Origin: Gracilinanus agilis
Taxonomy: Eukaryota
DNA length: 64,000 nt
Assembly (NCBI RefSeq): GCF_016433145.1
Contig: NC_058130.1
Location: forward strand, 132,915,214-132,979,213
Direction of reading: 5' to 3'
Notes under the pieces: model-generated
Told to the model about the DNA's origin: nothing
Seen by the model: the letters and a program-made list of their open reading frames with translations, nothing else
The model's database searches: none
Made by a program: the position numbers and the translations under genes
Part shown: in pieces, positions 28,955 to 41,965 of the stretch
How the letters are laid out: each line of letters starts with the position of its first letter
Numbering within the stretch: the first letter of the stretch is position 1

Positions 28955-30173
28955 TGTAAAATCCAGACTTAAAAATTTTTTTGAGAAAAAACTTAAGGAA
29001 AAGATCATTAACTCCTTAAATCAAGAAAATGAACTGTTTGGAGAAGGTACCATAAAAAAATCTAAAAGAAACCTACACTGCATCAGAAGATCCAGAATGA
29101 ACTGTGGGATGTATTGAGTGAACTAAAGGGGGGTTGAACACATTTATTCTGAATGTAAACACTTTTGCCGAAGGGGATTGCCCCTTAATTGGCTTTTTGT
29201 CAGTTCGATTACCAGTCATTGGTTTTGCTCTCTCTTATTTCCCTCTTATCTCCAAATATTGTAGTTTCCTCTTAGAAAGTGCAACATTGTATGCACCTTT
29301 CGCTAAAAGATCTTTAGAGATATAAGCTAGTTATGTTAAATGATTTATTGGGGAGACTAGTCTCCCAAAGAATCACAGGAGGGATTGTGAAGATCAGATT
29401 AACTCTTCCCTTGCCTATTTTTAGCTAATCAAATCAAGAACTTAAAGTACCCCTATTTACCATTAAGTATGAGAGTTCACAAGTCACTTACTAGAGTAAG
29501 TGATAACTCCAAAGGCCACTGTCCCCCCACCCTCCTCGGGCAGTTCTAGGAAAGTTTAAAGACTGCCATTGGTTTCTGTGAAGAAGAAAGTGACAGGAAG
29601 TGACGTGGAAAAAAGAGGTGTAAAAAGAGACTAACATAGTCTAGCATTCATTCCCTTCCTGGTGTTTGGAGAGATTGGTTCCCAGCATTCCTTTCCTGAC
29701 TGCAGAGATTCCTGCTTTGACTTTGGAGGAGGCTGAGTTGGTAGAATCCTGACTAAATACACCACCAGGACTTCTGGCTTGGAGAAATTCCTGCCTTGGT
29801 GGCTCTTCAAGGAGACCCTCTCTGCTTGTTGGTGCTTTGGTGGGACACTTCCTTCAGTGTGAAGTCTGTGGAAAGACTCTTTTCCTAGGATCCTGCATCA
29901 GCTTGCTGGTGGAGTGACTTGGACTTCCATGTAGAGATTAGAACTTTTTCGGGAGTGAGCAGAATTTCATCAGATCAGCACTAAGGGTAGGGTAGGCAGC
30001 TCCTTACTTCTTTCCCTCCTACATTTCATACTTCAGCGCTTTCTGTTCCTCATTATAAATAAAAGCTGCTAACAATTTTTTCTGGCTTAGGGATAATATT
30101 TTAAATTCAGCGACCACAACATTGAATTTATAACTCTCTTATTTAGTCAAAACCCCAATTTAACCCTTATACA
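28955..30173 (+). mobile_element. 5'-truncated ERV: internal 3' segment, polypurine tract and 3' LTR (29386-30173)
   Basis: PPT AGGAGGGAT directly before TGTGAAG; LTR ends ...CCCTTATACA; AATAAA at 30058-30063; interrupts an L2 relic. Confidence 0.7.
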
Positions 30174-30924
30174 CTGCATATGTCTAGTATTCAAAATTTT
30201 TTTACATATTGTTATGTCCATTAGAATGTGAGCTCCTTGAGGGCAGGGACTGTGTTTTAGGTTTTCTTTGTATCCCCAGGGCTTATGTTATAATTATGGG
30301 AGGTCTCTTGATCTATTTTGAGATGTAACGATGCACAGTGCCTGGCACATAACAGGTGCTTAATAAAGGCTTTTTGACTGACTTACTAGAATCTGACTCT
30401 GGCATCTTGTGTTTTAGCTATCCCTTTCAGCTTTGGGTCATTTGCAAATCACATGAGTTCTACTTTTTATGTATGTCACTGATAAAAAAATTAAAAAAAA
30501 AACCATTAAACAGCAGAGGATCTGGCACAGATTCCTTCGGCCTTCCACTGGACACCTCTGACAAATTGATCCATTAATAACTTTTTTCATCTACTCATTC
30601 AGCTAATTCTCAATGGAGCCATTTGTATTACTATTTCAACCACATTTGTCTATCTTGTACACAAGAATAGGATGAAATCTTTTGTCAAATGTTAAATCTG
30701 GGTAAATTATATCTATGACATTCCCATGATCTAGTTCAATAATCCTGGAGTTTTTCTTTCCATTCTCAGTCCATCCTTAGATTTTGAGAGTCTTGCCCAC
30801 CCCCTCTCCAATATATGTTTTCAAATTGGCTTCTGGGGGATTAGTTACTTCCATAAATCTAATCTACTAAATCCCACTCCTCTCTTCATCATTTCATTCC
30901 TGGGTTGCCTTAAGGGGTTCTACC

Positions 30925-31165
30925 TAGATGTGTACTGAAGCTAGCTCAAAGAAGAGAGCCTATTGTTAAATTTTCAGTATGTGCATTTACATTTTAGAAA
31001 TTAGCAAACACTACAAAATCAGGACTTAATGTATTGTTTCTTGATTGTCTAGACTTAAAGTGGGAGAAAAAAATGTAATGCAGACTAAATTTCAGAGTAT
31101 GATATACTTATACTCCATTTTTTTTTTCTTTGAGAGCCCAGCTGTTAAACATTTACCAGCACGAT
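30925..31165. mobile_element. hAT-Blackjack relic (MER63-like)
   Basis: GAGAGCCTATTGTTAAATTTTCAG and GAGAGCCCAGCTGTTAAACATTTACCAGCAC resemble MER63 termini (from recall). Confidence 0.55.
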
Positions 31166-32821
31166 TCCTTTCAGGGTGAGCATAACGAATTAAGTCCTTT
31201 CTGGTCAGAGTTCAATATTACGAAACAGATTTAATCCAAGACTGAGTCAGCAACAAAGCCCAAAAAAACAAAAAAAAGAAAAAGAAAAAAACCTTGTGAA
31301 TCGAATTACAGACCCTATGGATTTGGGAAGGTAACAAAAGAGCAAAGTAAGAGAAAACAATCACGAAGTTAAGCAAACCTGAACAGCAAGAGTAGTGGTA
31401 AACACTGGAGGCAGGAAGAACAAATGGTAGGAAGAGATTCTTGTTGGAATAACCTGGACAGTGTTGAAGTGTTTTAGGAGAGAAGAGAGGAGGGGTAGAG
31501 CCATTTCCTGGGAGGGATAGAAGAATGCAGAGCCCATCCAAAAGGAGGGGAGGGGCTGGTTCTTAGCCATCCTTTCACGGTCTCACTTCCCTCGGAGCTC
31601 CCCTCACTTTCTCTACTAACCTGAGTTTTCCGGGATCTGGAGTTGTGCTGGTAGTTAAATCAGGGTGTGGAGAGAAAAATCCAATGCTTCTGGATTATTA
31701 GGTTCTGTAGACTCTCTGTGGGTGGGGTAGGAGTATGAAAGGGACTAACTCTAGGATGTGTTTATCTGAAGAGGAAGGGAGGGAGGAGCAAGAGGAAAGG
31801 AGATAGCCAATTAATATGACTTAGAAAGGGATATAAAAAGTGAGTATGAGGAATAAAGGGGGCAGGGAAAGATGTCAGTGTTTTGCAGGAGACAAATGAA
31901 GTACTCTTAAAATTCTTGGTGCTACTTTGATATTAGAACATTTGGGGTTAATGAAGGAATCTCAGATTCCCTTGCACAAATACCACCCATACTTACATTG
32001 CTCCCCCTTGTGTGTTCTCCTTTTAAAATGGTGCTGGCCTCAGATTCAGGATCTGATAGACTAGGTCTTTCTCCCTGGTTTCAGTGACCAGGAAGTTAAC
32101 CTTTCTGCCTCTTAGCAGAAAAAATGGGGTTAATACTAGTACTATATACCTTACAATGTTTTGAGGAACCTGTATAAGGGACTGTGTAAGGATGAAGAGA
32201 AATCAAGATGATACAATGTCAACTCTTCTTTTAAGTATTGGTTCTAAGACAGAAGAGTGGTAAGGGCTAGTTAAGTGACTTGCCTAGGGTCACACAGCTA
32301 GGAAGTATCTGGGGCCAAATTTGAACCAGGGTCTTCCAGGCGCTAGATTTGGCTCTCAATCCACTGAGCTACCCAGCCACCCCCTGCCAATTCTTTAAGA
32401 GAAGAGATTGGTTGTTTTTCTTGACTTTTGATTTCTATATCCCCACCCCTAGCACGATGCTTGGCACTCAAGAGATGATAAATACTTGACTATGAATTGA
32501 ATTGTAGCATTTAATCAAACTAGACTACTTGCTATTCCCATAAACATCTCATACACTTCATTCCTGTACATAGAACAGGGTGCTGGACCACTTTCCTGAG
32601 AAAAATAAAAAAATTCTACCAGTTGTTCAAGGCTAAGCTCTAATGTCATCGTGAAACTTTCCGTGATCTTTGCAGTCAAAAATTAATTTTTTCTTCCGTT
32701 CTTGCATAATAGCACTTTTATCTTTTATTGTTTTGGGTATGTTTCCAATTAGAAGTGCCAAGAGAACAACAAACAAGTCTTAGCTTTGTAATAATAATAG
32801 TACTTGAACATTTCATGCCTC

Positions 32822-33024
32822 TTTTTTTTTTTTTTTTTTTTTTAATTTTAAACCCTTAACTTCTGTGTATTGACTTATAGGTGGAAGATTGGTAAGGGTA
32901 GGCAATGGGGGTTAAGTGACTTGCCCAGGGTCACAGAGCTGGGAAGTGTCTGAGTTCAGATGTGAACCTAGGACCTCCTGTCTCTAGCCCTGGCTCTCAA
33001 TCCACTGAGCTACCCAGCTGCCCC
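32822..33024 (-). mobile_element. Young SINE1_Mdo
   Basis: TSD TCATGCCTCTTTT on both sides. Confidence 0.92.
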
Positions 33025-34589
33025 TCATGCCTCTTTTATATGAGATAATTATTCCATTTTATCTCTCCCCATCCAATTTTATTTTATTTTTTTTACTCAT
33101 TCCATTATATTTAATCAACCTTGAAGTTTCTATTTATATATGTTCTTTCTTTCTTTTTTAAAAAATTCTTTCTTTCTGTCTTAGAATTGATAAGTACAGG
33201 TTCCAAGGCAGAAAAGCAGGAAGGGCTAGTCAGTTGGGGTTAAGTCCTAGGCTACACATCTAAGAAGTGTTTAACATCATATCTGAACCCAGGACCTCCT
33301 GTCTCCATCCCTGGTTCTCTATTCATTGAGCCACCTTGCTGTCCCTATGTATGCTTTTTCAAAATACCCAATTTATGATTCTCCTTTTTATTGTATTATC
33401 TGTCCCTATTAAAATGTAGACTTCTTGGGATCTGAGACTCTCCTTTATATGTGTATTCCCAGCGATCGGCGCATAGCCAAATAGATGTTTTTTCATTCAT
33501 TAGTGCAGCTCTTTGTAGGATGAATGAGTGTCAGGATTAACCTATCTGGAGATCCTTAACAGTGATAAGAAGAATGAGATGTAGTAAGAAGAATGAGAGA
33601 AAAATAAGAGAACACAGCTGGGTCAGGAGGGTCACTGTTGCTGGTTGCAAGCAAAAGGCAGCTTTATTGAAGAATTACCTTTGCTTTTATAGAGCCTAAA
33701 CAGTCCTTGCAAAGATTGTTCATATTTACAATATTTAAAGAGTAGCCTCAGGATGAGATAAGCATCAGCTTCTCAAGGCTATGCTTAGGCTGAGCCTCTT
33801 ACAGGGGAGGGTTAGGGAAGCCATGTCTCAGGGAACATAAGACAAGCACGAAGGGTAAAGGACTCCATGAGTAGGGATCTAATGTCCCCAAAGCCCTTAA
33901 GGGTCTGAGAGTTCAGCTATAAGCCTTTTTTGTAGTGAATAAGATGTGAATTAATGAAAATGTAGGCTAGGATGGTAGTAATGGAAATGGAGAATAAGGG
34001 AATTATTAAGGAAAAATGGACCAGGTTCATTTGGCAAAGATATCATGCACCTTAGGAGGCAGGATAAAGATGTCAAATATGACCTCAAGGTTTCTGTCTT
34101 GAAATGACTAGAATGGTTGTGTCATAGGCAGAAATGGGAGTTGAGAGAATGAGTGGGGAGTGATTCTGCCCTATTAGAAATGTAAGGTTCATAAAGGTAG
34201 GGACTGTCTCTTGCACAGTGCAAGATTGTAGGTGCCTAATAAATCCTGAGAAAGATCAATTGAAAAATCAGAAAGTATGATGATTCTCTTGTGCGAATTA
34301 AAAGGTTATTCATTAACAGAGACATTACTGGTTGGAAAGAATCCACTGATAGTGAAGTCAAAGGTAAAAACAGAAAACTTCGACAGATGGAAATGAAGGG
34401 TAAGGTCCACATAGGAGCAATGGCATCACTCAGTCAAATCACTCGGTCTTGGTGCCATGTTATGATTGTATTTGTGGCCCTATCTGCTGCTGACAGTCAT
34501 TCTTGCACATACTTATTAATAAATTTGTATATATAACATACTTTATACAAATTTTAAATAAGTGGAATTCTTAGAAATAACAATTTTCA

Positions 34590-34812
34590 GGGGCAGCTGG
34601 GTAGCTCAGTGGATTGAGAGCCAGGGCTAGAGACAGGAGGTCCTAGGTTCAAATCTGACCTCAGACACTTCCTAGCTGTGTGACCCTGGGCAAGTCACTT
34701 AACCCCCATTGCCTAGCCCTTACCACTCTTCTGCCTAGGAGCCAAAACACAGTATTGCCTCCAAGGCAGAAGGTAAGGGTTTAAAAAAAATTTTTTTTAA
34801 TTAAAAAAAAAT
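34590..34812 (+). mobile_element. SINE1_Mdo
   Basis: Near-consensus full-length copy. Confidence 0.9.
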
Positions 34813-36543
34813 TGGAGGCAAAATCGGGTTCTATAACATTGGCCATTTTGTGATATCATTCTGGGTAGTACTTTTAGCTTTGATAGAACTTAATGTTGTG
34901 TTATTGTTTCTCAGCAGTATTCACTGGTGTTTTCCAGTGTTTGAATATTTGCTCATGCTTAGTTTTTTCTTTATAAATACTACAATATTTCTTATATTCA
35001 GCAAACTTTAGGATATCCATAATAATGAGCAGAGTATAAAGAACATTGGAAATATTTTATGAAAATTAAAAGAAATTAGTAATCTTGTTGACAGATGTTA
35101 TAAGTCAAACACAATATATTGGTTTGTAGTAAAAAAAATAAATTTTTTTTACAGAAAACCTGAAACTTTTATTAGCATTACCCTATCACAGAAAAATGAT
35201 TCACTCTTTATTATGATCACTCGTCATTACTTAAAAACCTGTAAATAAAATATTCTTTAAAATACAGAACATGATTTTGTGAATTCCAATTTCTCATTCC
35301 CAAATCCTGAAGATTAACATCTGTCAAGAATTTGGAAACACTATTGAAAGTACATGAATGAATTAAAAAAAAACAACAACATTTAGTTTAAGTGCTTATA
35401 CTGTGTGTCAAGCTCTGTTAGGTGCTGAGGATACAAAAAGAAAATCAAGACAATCTCTGCTCCCAAGGAGCTTCCATTCTAATTAGGGGAGACAACACAT
35501 AATTCAGAGGCAAAGCAGATGGCAAGTTCCAAGGGTTCTTAGGACACAATAATAGGTGCTGCAGATGGTAAGGCCCAGTGATCCTTAGGGCATGGTTGCT
35601 GAGCAAAGAAAGGGTAAAGTCCAGATGGATTGTAGTTGGTGAGATTGCTCACTGAAGTGGCGGAAATAACCATGTTCATGCCAAAACAGATAGAATATGG
35701 GTGTTTTGTGTCTAGCAAGATCATAAAAATGGAAGGAGAAACCCAAGGGATATCTGTGCAGGGAGAAGGAGGCAGGAGGAAGATTTTCCTTCCTTCATCT
35801 TTCAAGTTGACAGTAAAACATCCAAGTGGAAATGGCTGGTGAATATATCTGGAGTTTTGATGAGGTATTAAATGAATGAATAAGTGAATGAATCAGATCT
35901 TACTTTAACAAGCTTCTTCCCTTTCCCTCCCTCCAGTTCTTTTTTTCTTTTCCTTCTTCCTTAAATTCTTCCAAGTTGCTATGAGCTCTCCCTTGGTCAG
36001 TAGCACTAAGGGAGTTAAAACAAAGTCAAGGTCGGGAATGTAGAGAATGTAGTATCCTAAAAGCACAGGAGTCCTAACGTCAGGTGCCTATAACTGTTGC
36101 CTTTGTTGCAGTATTTGTTCTGTTAGAATAAACTCCTACCTATAGGCAGGGAAAGTCTGTGTCATCTTCCTTTCCCTTTCTTTGATTGTTTTTATCTGTC
36201 TCCTTCAAGTTAAATCCCATGTGTAAGAAAACACATTTGGTCTCTGTGACTTCCACCTTAGGTTCTTCCTTTTTTTCCCTAGCCCAAGAAGCCCAACATT
36301 TAGCTTAGACTCTATCATAATTACTTATATGAATAAATCTTTAGCACTAGTATGATATAGCTGATGAGTACCAGAGCCAAGATTTGAATTTAGCTCTTTT
36401 AACTCTAAATCTAGCTTTTCCCATCTATTTATTAAAAATTACTTAACCTCCCCACCCCACCCCACCCCACACCTGCTGGGGATGGAATACAAAGCTAGCT
36501 TTCTTGGAAGCTTAGGTCCTTTAAGGCATAAAAAAGTGGCCAT

Positions 36544-38066
36544 TTAAGTCTTCAGTTCATCTGTCCAATGTGTCTGTGGAGACAAATGTGAGAGTCAGAG
36601 TTGGGTTTAGGATGAGAAAAGAGAAAGAACTAGTCTAGATCACAAAACATACTTCTCACCTCTTCAAGGTCAGATTCTACCTCATCCAGACCTCTAGGAT
36701 ATGCCTGGTGTAGACGAATGAGGTCTCCCCACAGCAAAGTGTTCTTACAGCTATACGAAAAAGAAGTGGACCAAAAGAAGAGACTTAGTGGAAGAGGAAC
36801 CTAAAAACATTTTCTTCCTAATCTCCAAGAATTTCTAGCTTCCCACTCACCCTGGGCAGCAGCCCTTCAGGGGCAGAAGCTGTTGAGGTTCTTCTTGTAG
36901 GAATTCCTCAGCCAGGCAAGTCAGGTGAGCATTCAGTGGACAACTGGGGTGAGGACAGCAGAGGGGTCCATTCTTATCCTGCAGTTAGACAGGAGTAAAA
37001 GAGTGAAGATAATTATAAGAGAAGGCTATATTTGCCTGATTGTCCTCATATCACTGTAGGGCTTTTCCCTCTGTAGTACCTTAGAGAAGGCTGGGCTAAC
37101 TCACCTGGACTAACTGCTGGCAGAGAGAACAGAAGACCTCATCTGCTTCCCTGCCCATCCCTCCCCTGCCCCTCTGAGTGAGGTCTGGTTGCAAAGGTCC
37201 AAAAGCTAGAGGCATGTGCTGGGGAGGTGGAGGACTGAGTTCCTGCTGGAAGTCCTGTCGTAGCCAACGAAGGGTGAGGGGCAACCGATTCCAAGGGGCC
37301 ACCTGCAGCATCTGGGCCAAGACCCGGAGGTGGAAGAAAAAGGCTCCTTCCTTCCTGGTTCTGCCACTTAAGTGAGCGAGACGTCGGGAGGACCCCGGGT
37401 GCTGCCAGGCCCATTCAAACTGAAGGATCGAGAGAGATGGAGGACATTGTGTCATGGGCAGAGAAGCTGTGGCTTTCATCCTCTTCGTTCTCCATCTATC
37501 CCTTCTCCCTCACCCTCACTGCCCACCCTCTCCTCTCATTCTCTTACCCTAAGGGCAGCCACATCAGAAGGAAAGCCATGGACTATGAGGACCATTTCCC
37601 TGCAGAAACCACAAGGGAGTCAGGGGCACTGTGTGTTCAAGGGAACTGGCCTCATAAGGGCTAAGGTCCAGGGATGGCTGGGGGCTGCGGAGTATGAGAG
37701 GACCAACTCTAACATGGGTAAAATGCTATCCTTCGGTCCAACCTCCCATCTGCCCATTTCCCTGGCCAGGCAGGAAACAGGGAGGTTGCACTCCTGCCCT
37801 GCCCAGCCCCAGCCCCAGCCCCAGCCCCAGCCCCAGCCCCAGCCCCAGCCCCAGCCCCTGGTTTATTACCATGGTCCCCGCCCACTAGTCCGCCACGCTC
37901 CTCCCTTCTTGCGCCCGGCATTATGCTGCTGGATTCGCCGAGAGGGATTCACGGTGAAACCCACATAGACACGGCCTCTGTATTTGGGGTTGAGACAGTA
38001 CAGGAGATAGACCCCGAAGAATGGCTGCGGCTTCTTTACAGCCTGAGTGGCTTCCGCGGGCCCCAT
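36544..38066 (-). CDS. SLX1: Structure-specific endonuclease subunit SLX1 (GIY-YIG nuclease plus C-terminal zinc finger), 270 aa; exons 38066-37870, 37599-37548, 37419-37105, 36978-36851, 36750-36660, 36573-36544
   Basis: [41 protein letters not shown] (catalytic Arg/Glu), CSLC..CCPHPSC...[10 protein letters not shown]...CPGC finger, and C-terminal THWTDELKT*. All introns GT-AG; total 813 nt; minus-strand AATAAA at 36428-36433. Confidence 0.96.
37802..37858. repeat. (CCCCAG)n / (GGGGCT)n hexamer repeat, about 9.5 units, in SLX1 intron 1
   Basis: Read directly; begins about 11 nt downstream of the exon 1 donor on the transcribed strand. Confidence 0.95.
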
Positions 38067-38635
38067 CGTTCCCTGTAGAGGATGGAAACAGGATCAGGGG
38101 CGGCCCAGAGGCCGGGAAGTAGTTGTCGTGGCCACGACACGGTTTTTCTGAAGCCTCTGACCCACATGTGGTCGTTTCTCCGACCAAGGCTTCGTTTCTG
38201 GGGGGTTGGTAATATTGCCTGAGGCGCAGGGCAAAGGAGACTGAGGGCGAGAAAGATGAGGGAGAGACTCTCAACCTGCCGCGACTGATTGAGACACCGA
38301 ACCTGGGCCAGAAAATCTTAAGTAATGAGTGCTTACTGAAAAGAAAAGAGAGTCCACACCAACCAAAGTTCAGCACCGGAACTTCCGGTATAGGCCAAGC
38401 GAAGGCTCCGATTGGTTGAAGATTAAGGGAGGGCGGAAGAAGGGAAAACCGAACCAGAAGGGCGACGAGAAACATATCTTAAGGGCGGAAATGACCCGTT
38501 CAGGACTGGAGTGACAAAGCTGTGTTAAGGGCGGAAGTTGCTGTGGAAAGGCAGGTCTCTCGGAAGTGGCGATAGTACGGGCGGAAGAGGCGTGGGCTCG
38601 TCTTTTTGGTACCTGTCTTGGACTCGGCGGTCGAG
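38067..38635. promoter_or_regulatory. Bidirectional CpG promoter shared by SLX1 and BOLA2
   Basis: 569 bp between divergent ATGs. ETS palindrome ACCGGAA-C-TTCCGGT at 38375-38389, ATTGG (NF-Y) at 38411-38415, and four GGGCGGAA Sp/ETS motifs at 38431, 38483, 38529, 38579. Confidence 0.85.
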
Positions 38636-39140
38636 ATGGAACTAAGTGCTGAGTCCCTACGGGAGAAGCTGCTGAGGGAACTGGAAGCGGAACACGTGGT
38701 GAGTGCGGGATGGGAGTTGGGGCGAGGGTGGTGCTGTCCACCTCCCCTCCTCCCCGTGAGTTCTGGGTCGGAGTGGCTGGAGTGAGGGATAGGGGAGGAG
38801 GACTGGCGCCCATTGGGCATCTTTTTAACCTTTCCTGCTCCGGGCAGGAGGTGGAGGACACGACCCCCGCCCGCTGCGCTGCCAGTTTCCGAGTCCTTGT
38901 GGTCTCCTCAAAATTCCAGGGGAAGCCGCTACTTCAGAGACACCGGTGAGTGTGAACCCCGGCCCTGAACGACTACCTTTCCCCTACCCCCATAGTCCCC
39001 CGGGGGGATGACCTTTAACCTCACCTTGGCTTTCTCCTAGGCTAGTGAACTCGTGCCTGGCAGAAGAACTGCCCCACATCCATGCGTTTGAGCAGAAGAC
39101 CCTGACACCTGAGCAGTGGGACAAGGAGCGGCAGAAGTGA
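38636..39140 (+). CDS. BOLA2: BolA family member 2 (Fe-S chaperone partner of GLRX3), 86 aa; exons 38636-38698, 38848-38945, 39041-39140
   Basis: MELSAESLREKLLRELEAEHV-EVEDTTPARCAASFRVLVVSSKFQGKPLLQRHR-LVNSCLAEELPHIHAFEQKTLTPEQWDKERQK*. GT-AG introns; 261 nt; Cys31 and His68 retained; ATTAAA at 39183-39188. Confidence 0.97.
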
Positions 39141-39224
39141 GGCACGGAGCAGGCTGAGAGGCCCTCACTTCCACATTAAGACATTAAATCTCTCATCTGC
39201 GGCTTGACCCCTGTGTGTCCCTCC

Positions 39225-39248
39225 GTCCATCCATCCATCCATCCATCC
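39225..39248. repeat. (CCAT)n microsatellite downstream of BOLA2
   Basis: Read directly. Confidence 0.9.
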
Positions 39249-41399
39249 TTCCCTCTGTGTGTGTCCATATGTCTTTAAAGCCCACCAGGCTTGTGTGAGT
39301 CAAGTCAGGACTTTGGTGTTTTAGGCCTTGTTTGGCCCATTTTTCTCCTTGGCAGCTCAGTCTTTCTGAGCCTCATTTATCTCCTCTGTAAAATAAGAGT
39401 TTTGGATTACATGGAGACATCCCTAAGTTCCCTCCAGCTCTGGTTCTAGAATCTTTTTGGCATTTGTGTGGATTATCCCTATTATTGGGGGTCCTGTCTG
39501 TGGGCCAGGACTGTGTTTTGGTGCTTTCCCGAGGAGTCATCCATGTTTCTCCTTCCAGATTACTGTGTAGGGAATTACCTTCAGCCCTGACTCCTTATAG
39601 GTTTATTTCCTCAAGCTTGAGTTTCTCACAGGTTTATGGAGAAATAATACCTCATTGGGGATTTTCCAGCTGCCTAGAAAGCTGAAGATTCTTAAGGGAA
39701 GTTCATTGTACTCCAGAAATCATATGCTTGGTTTCTTAATGTTGTAACAGCTCTGAGAACTATGAGGTGGCCTGGGATTTCTCCTCTTGAACCTGGAGAG
39801 GTAGAGGACCAGGCTTTTTTCATTCAATGTCCTTGAGTATAAGATATCAGAACTGAAAGCCACCATCTACATACACTATAGAAATCATCTACACTAAACC
39901 CTTTATTTAAAGAGGAAACAAACCCACAGATTTTCTTTGGTATCAAAGCAGATTAATGGAACCATGAGTAAAACCCAGGTCTCCTGACTCAATCTTTCCT
40001 TTGCCCCATACTGTCATCTGGAAAAGTGAGTTTGAGTTCCTGCCAACTTCCACTTATTCAGGCTTCATCCAGTTGTTCCATGGGCCACCTTCTGAGGTCC
40101 TAAACCACTCTTAGTTCCACAAGTTTCTTTAACATGATAAGGAAAAGTGTTCCCAAAAATTACCCTCCTTCTTGTGTAATTAGTAGCATCCAGGCTTGCC
40201 CCTCAAGAAGAAATCAGAAAATGAACCTCTTTGCTGTATTGGTTAGTTTTGCTGAATTGCTTTTTTTTCTTAATCTTTGGAACTGAAAATAATGTAAAAA
40301 TAAAAGATATCAATTAAAATAAGATTGAAAAGAAAAGGCCTTCTGAGTAATCTAGAGACAAGGAAAGCTGGTAGAACCAGCAGTATGATATGTAGACCCA
40401 ACATTGGAGTTGGAGTCAGAAAAACCTGAAATCCTGGGCAGAGCATTTAACTTCCCTCAATCTTGGTGTCCTCATCTATAAAATGAGTATAATCATACCT
40501 TAGAAGGTGGTTATGAGGATCAGATAAAAAATATGTGAAATACTTGGCAACTTAAAATGCTATAGTTTAACTTATTGCCATTTGGATTTTAAAAATAACA
40601 ATGGGTACAGTGATCACTCACTCATGATCTTTCTAGAATATTCTTGGCTTCTAGAATCCAAGCTGGGATACTCAGCTGGGAAACATTTCTACTATGTTCC
40701 ACTAAGATAGGGAAATCAACATTTTGGGGAGCTGGAAGGGACTCAAGAGGTTACCTAGTTCAAATTTTTGTTCATTTAATAGAGAAGGAAAATCAGGTCT
40801 TAAGTATGGTGAAGTGAGAGGCTTTACCTGAAGTCACACAGTGAGGCAGTGCCAAAGTCAAGGTCTTTGATTACACTCTATGTGCTTTCTACCATGCTCC
40901 ATGTTACTGCTGCCTGATTGAAGGAAATATGAAGAGAAAGAACAACGTGCTCTCTTGCTGTGTGCCAGGCCTTGGGAACAACTGCCATATGAGCCAACCC
41001 TTTCCTTTTGAGATTTGAGATGAGTGTCTAACAAGACTTTTAGCATGAATCCTTATGCCAGAAGCTTTCAAATTCTCAGTGTTAACTGAATGTAAGGCTA
41101 ATTGTTTGACAGTCATCCCAGGGCTCATATGCCCAACATATTCTTTCAAGTCAATCCACTTAGGAGGTAATATATATTCTTAGCATGTTAGAATGCTAGA
41201 AAAAGACTTTAAGAGTTCATTTAGTCCAACTATCATTTTATAATAAACAATGTTTCTCAAAATCCTCTGTGTATGGGTATGCACATAAATACATAAGTAT
41301 GTAGATACACCTATAAGCTGTTGACCTTGATTTTATTTGTGTTGAAATTCTAAAATTCATTATTAAAGGGACAGTGAGTATCTAAAAAAGCAGTGATTG

Positions 41400-41965
41400 A
41401 AGTGAGCCAGCATGACTCACAAGGAACATTGGGTCATACCAGACTAACCTTATTCCCTGTTTTGTCGGGTTTACTAAACTAATAGGTCAGAGGAATGCTA
41501 GAGACAGTTTTTCTAGGTCGTATCAAAGTATGTCATTATAGCCTTATGAACTCTTGTGCTAGTCAATAGTAAAAGCTCAACTCTAAAGGTGAAGGTCCTT
41601 GAGTCTGCTCTATGATGTACAGCTTAAGGAAGAGATGGGGAAGGGAAAATTTTAGGGGGAGGAGGAATAGTAGGAGATAGCTGTCTTCAAATATTTAGTT
41701 ATGTCTTGTAGAAGAAGGATTAGACTTGTTCTTAGTCCTATTGGCCTCAGTTGTAGAGAGATGAAGTTGGGCTTGAGGTCAGGAAAAACTTCTTAACATT
41801 TATGGCTATTCAAAAGTGGAATGAACTGCCTTAGGAGGTAGTGCTTCCCTTCTAGAGGTTCTCAGACAGAGACTAGGCAATGACTTGTCAGTTTGTATCA
41901 TAGGATTCTTGTCCAGGTAGGGGCCAGACTAAATGAACTTAAGATCCCTCCTCTTTGAGATTCTT
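41400..41965 (+). mobile_element. CR1/L3 relic (RT fragment and 3' end)
   Basis: ATACCAGACTAACCTTATTCCCTGTTTTGTCGGGTTTACTAAACTAATAG (CQTNLISFFDRVTKL-like) and a 3' GAACTGCCTTAGGAGGTAGTG...GTTCTCAG tail. Confidence 0.7.

Noticed and set aside
36628-36659. Alternative SLX1 C-terminus (VRSMFCDLD*) by intron retention
   Set aside because: A good GAG|GTGAGA donor and a downstream exon matching the conserved HWTD tail explain the region better.
37372-38861. 198-aa, 184-aa and 163-aa ORFs, including poly(PQ)/(GA) tracts
   Set aside because: Antisense or alternative frames across SLX1 exons, the hexamer repeat and the GC-rich promoter.
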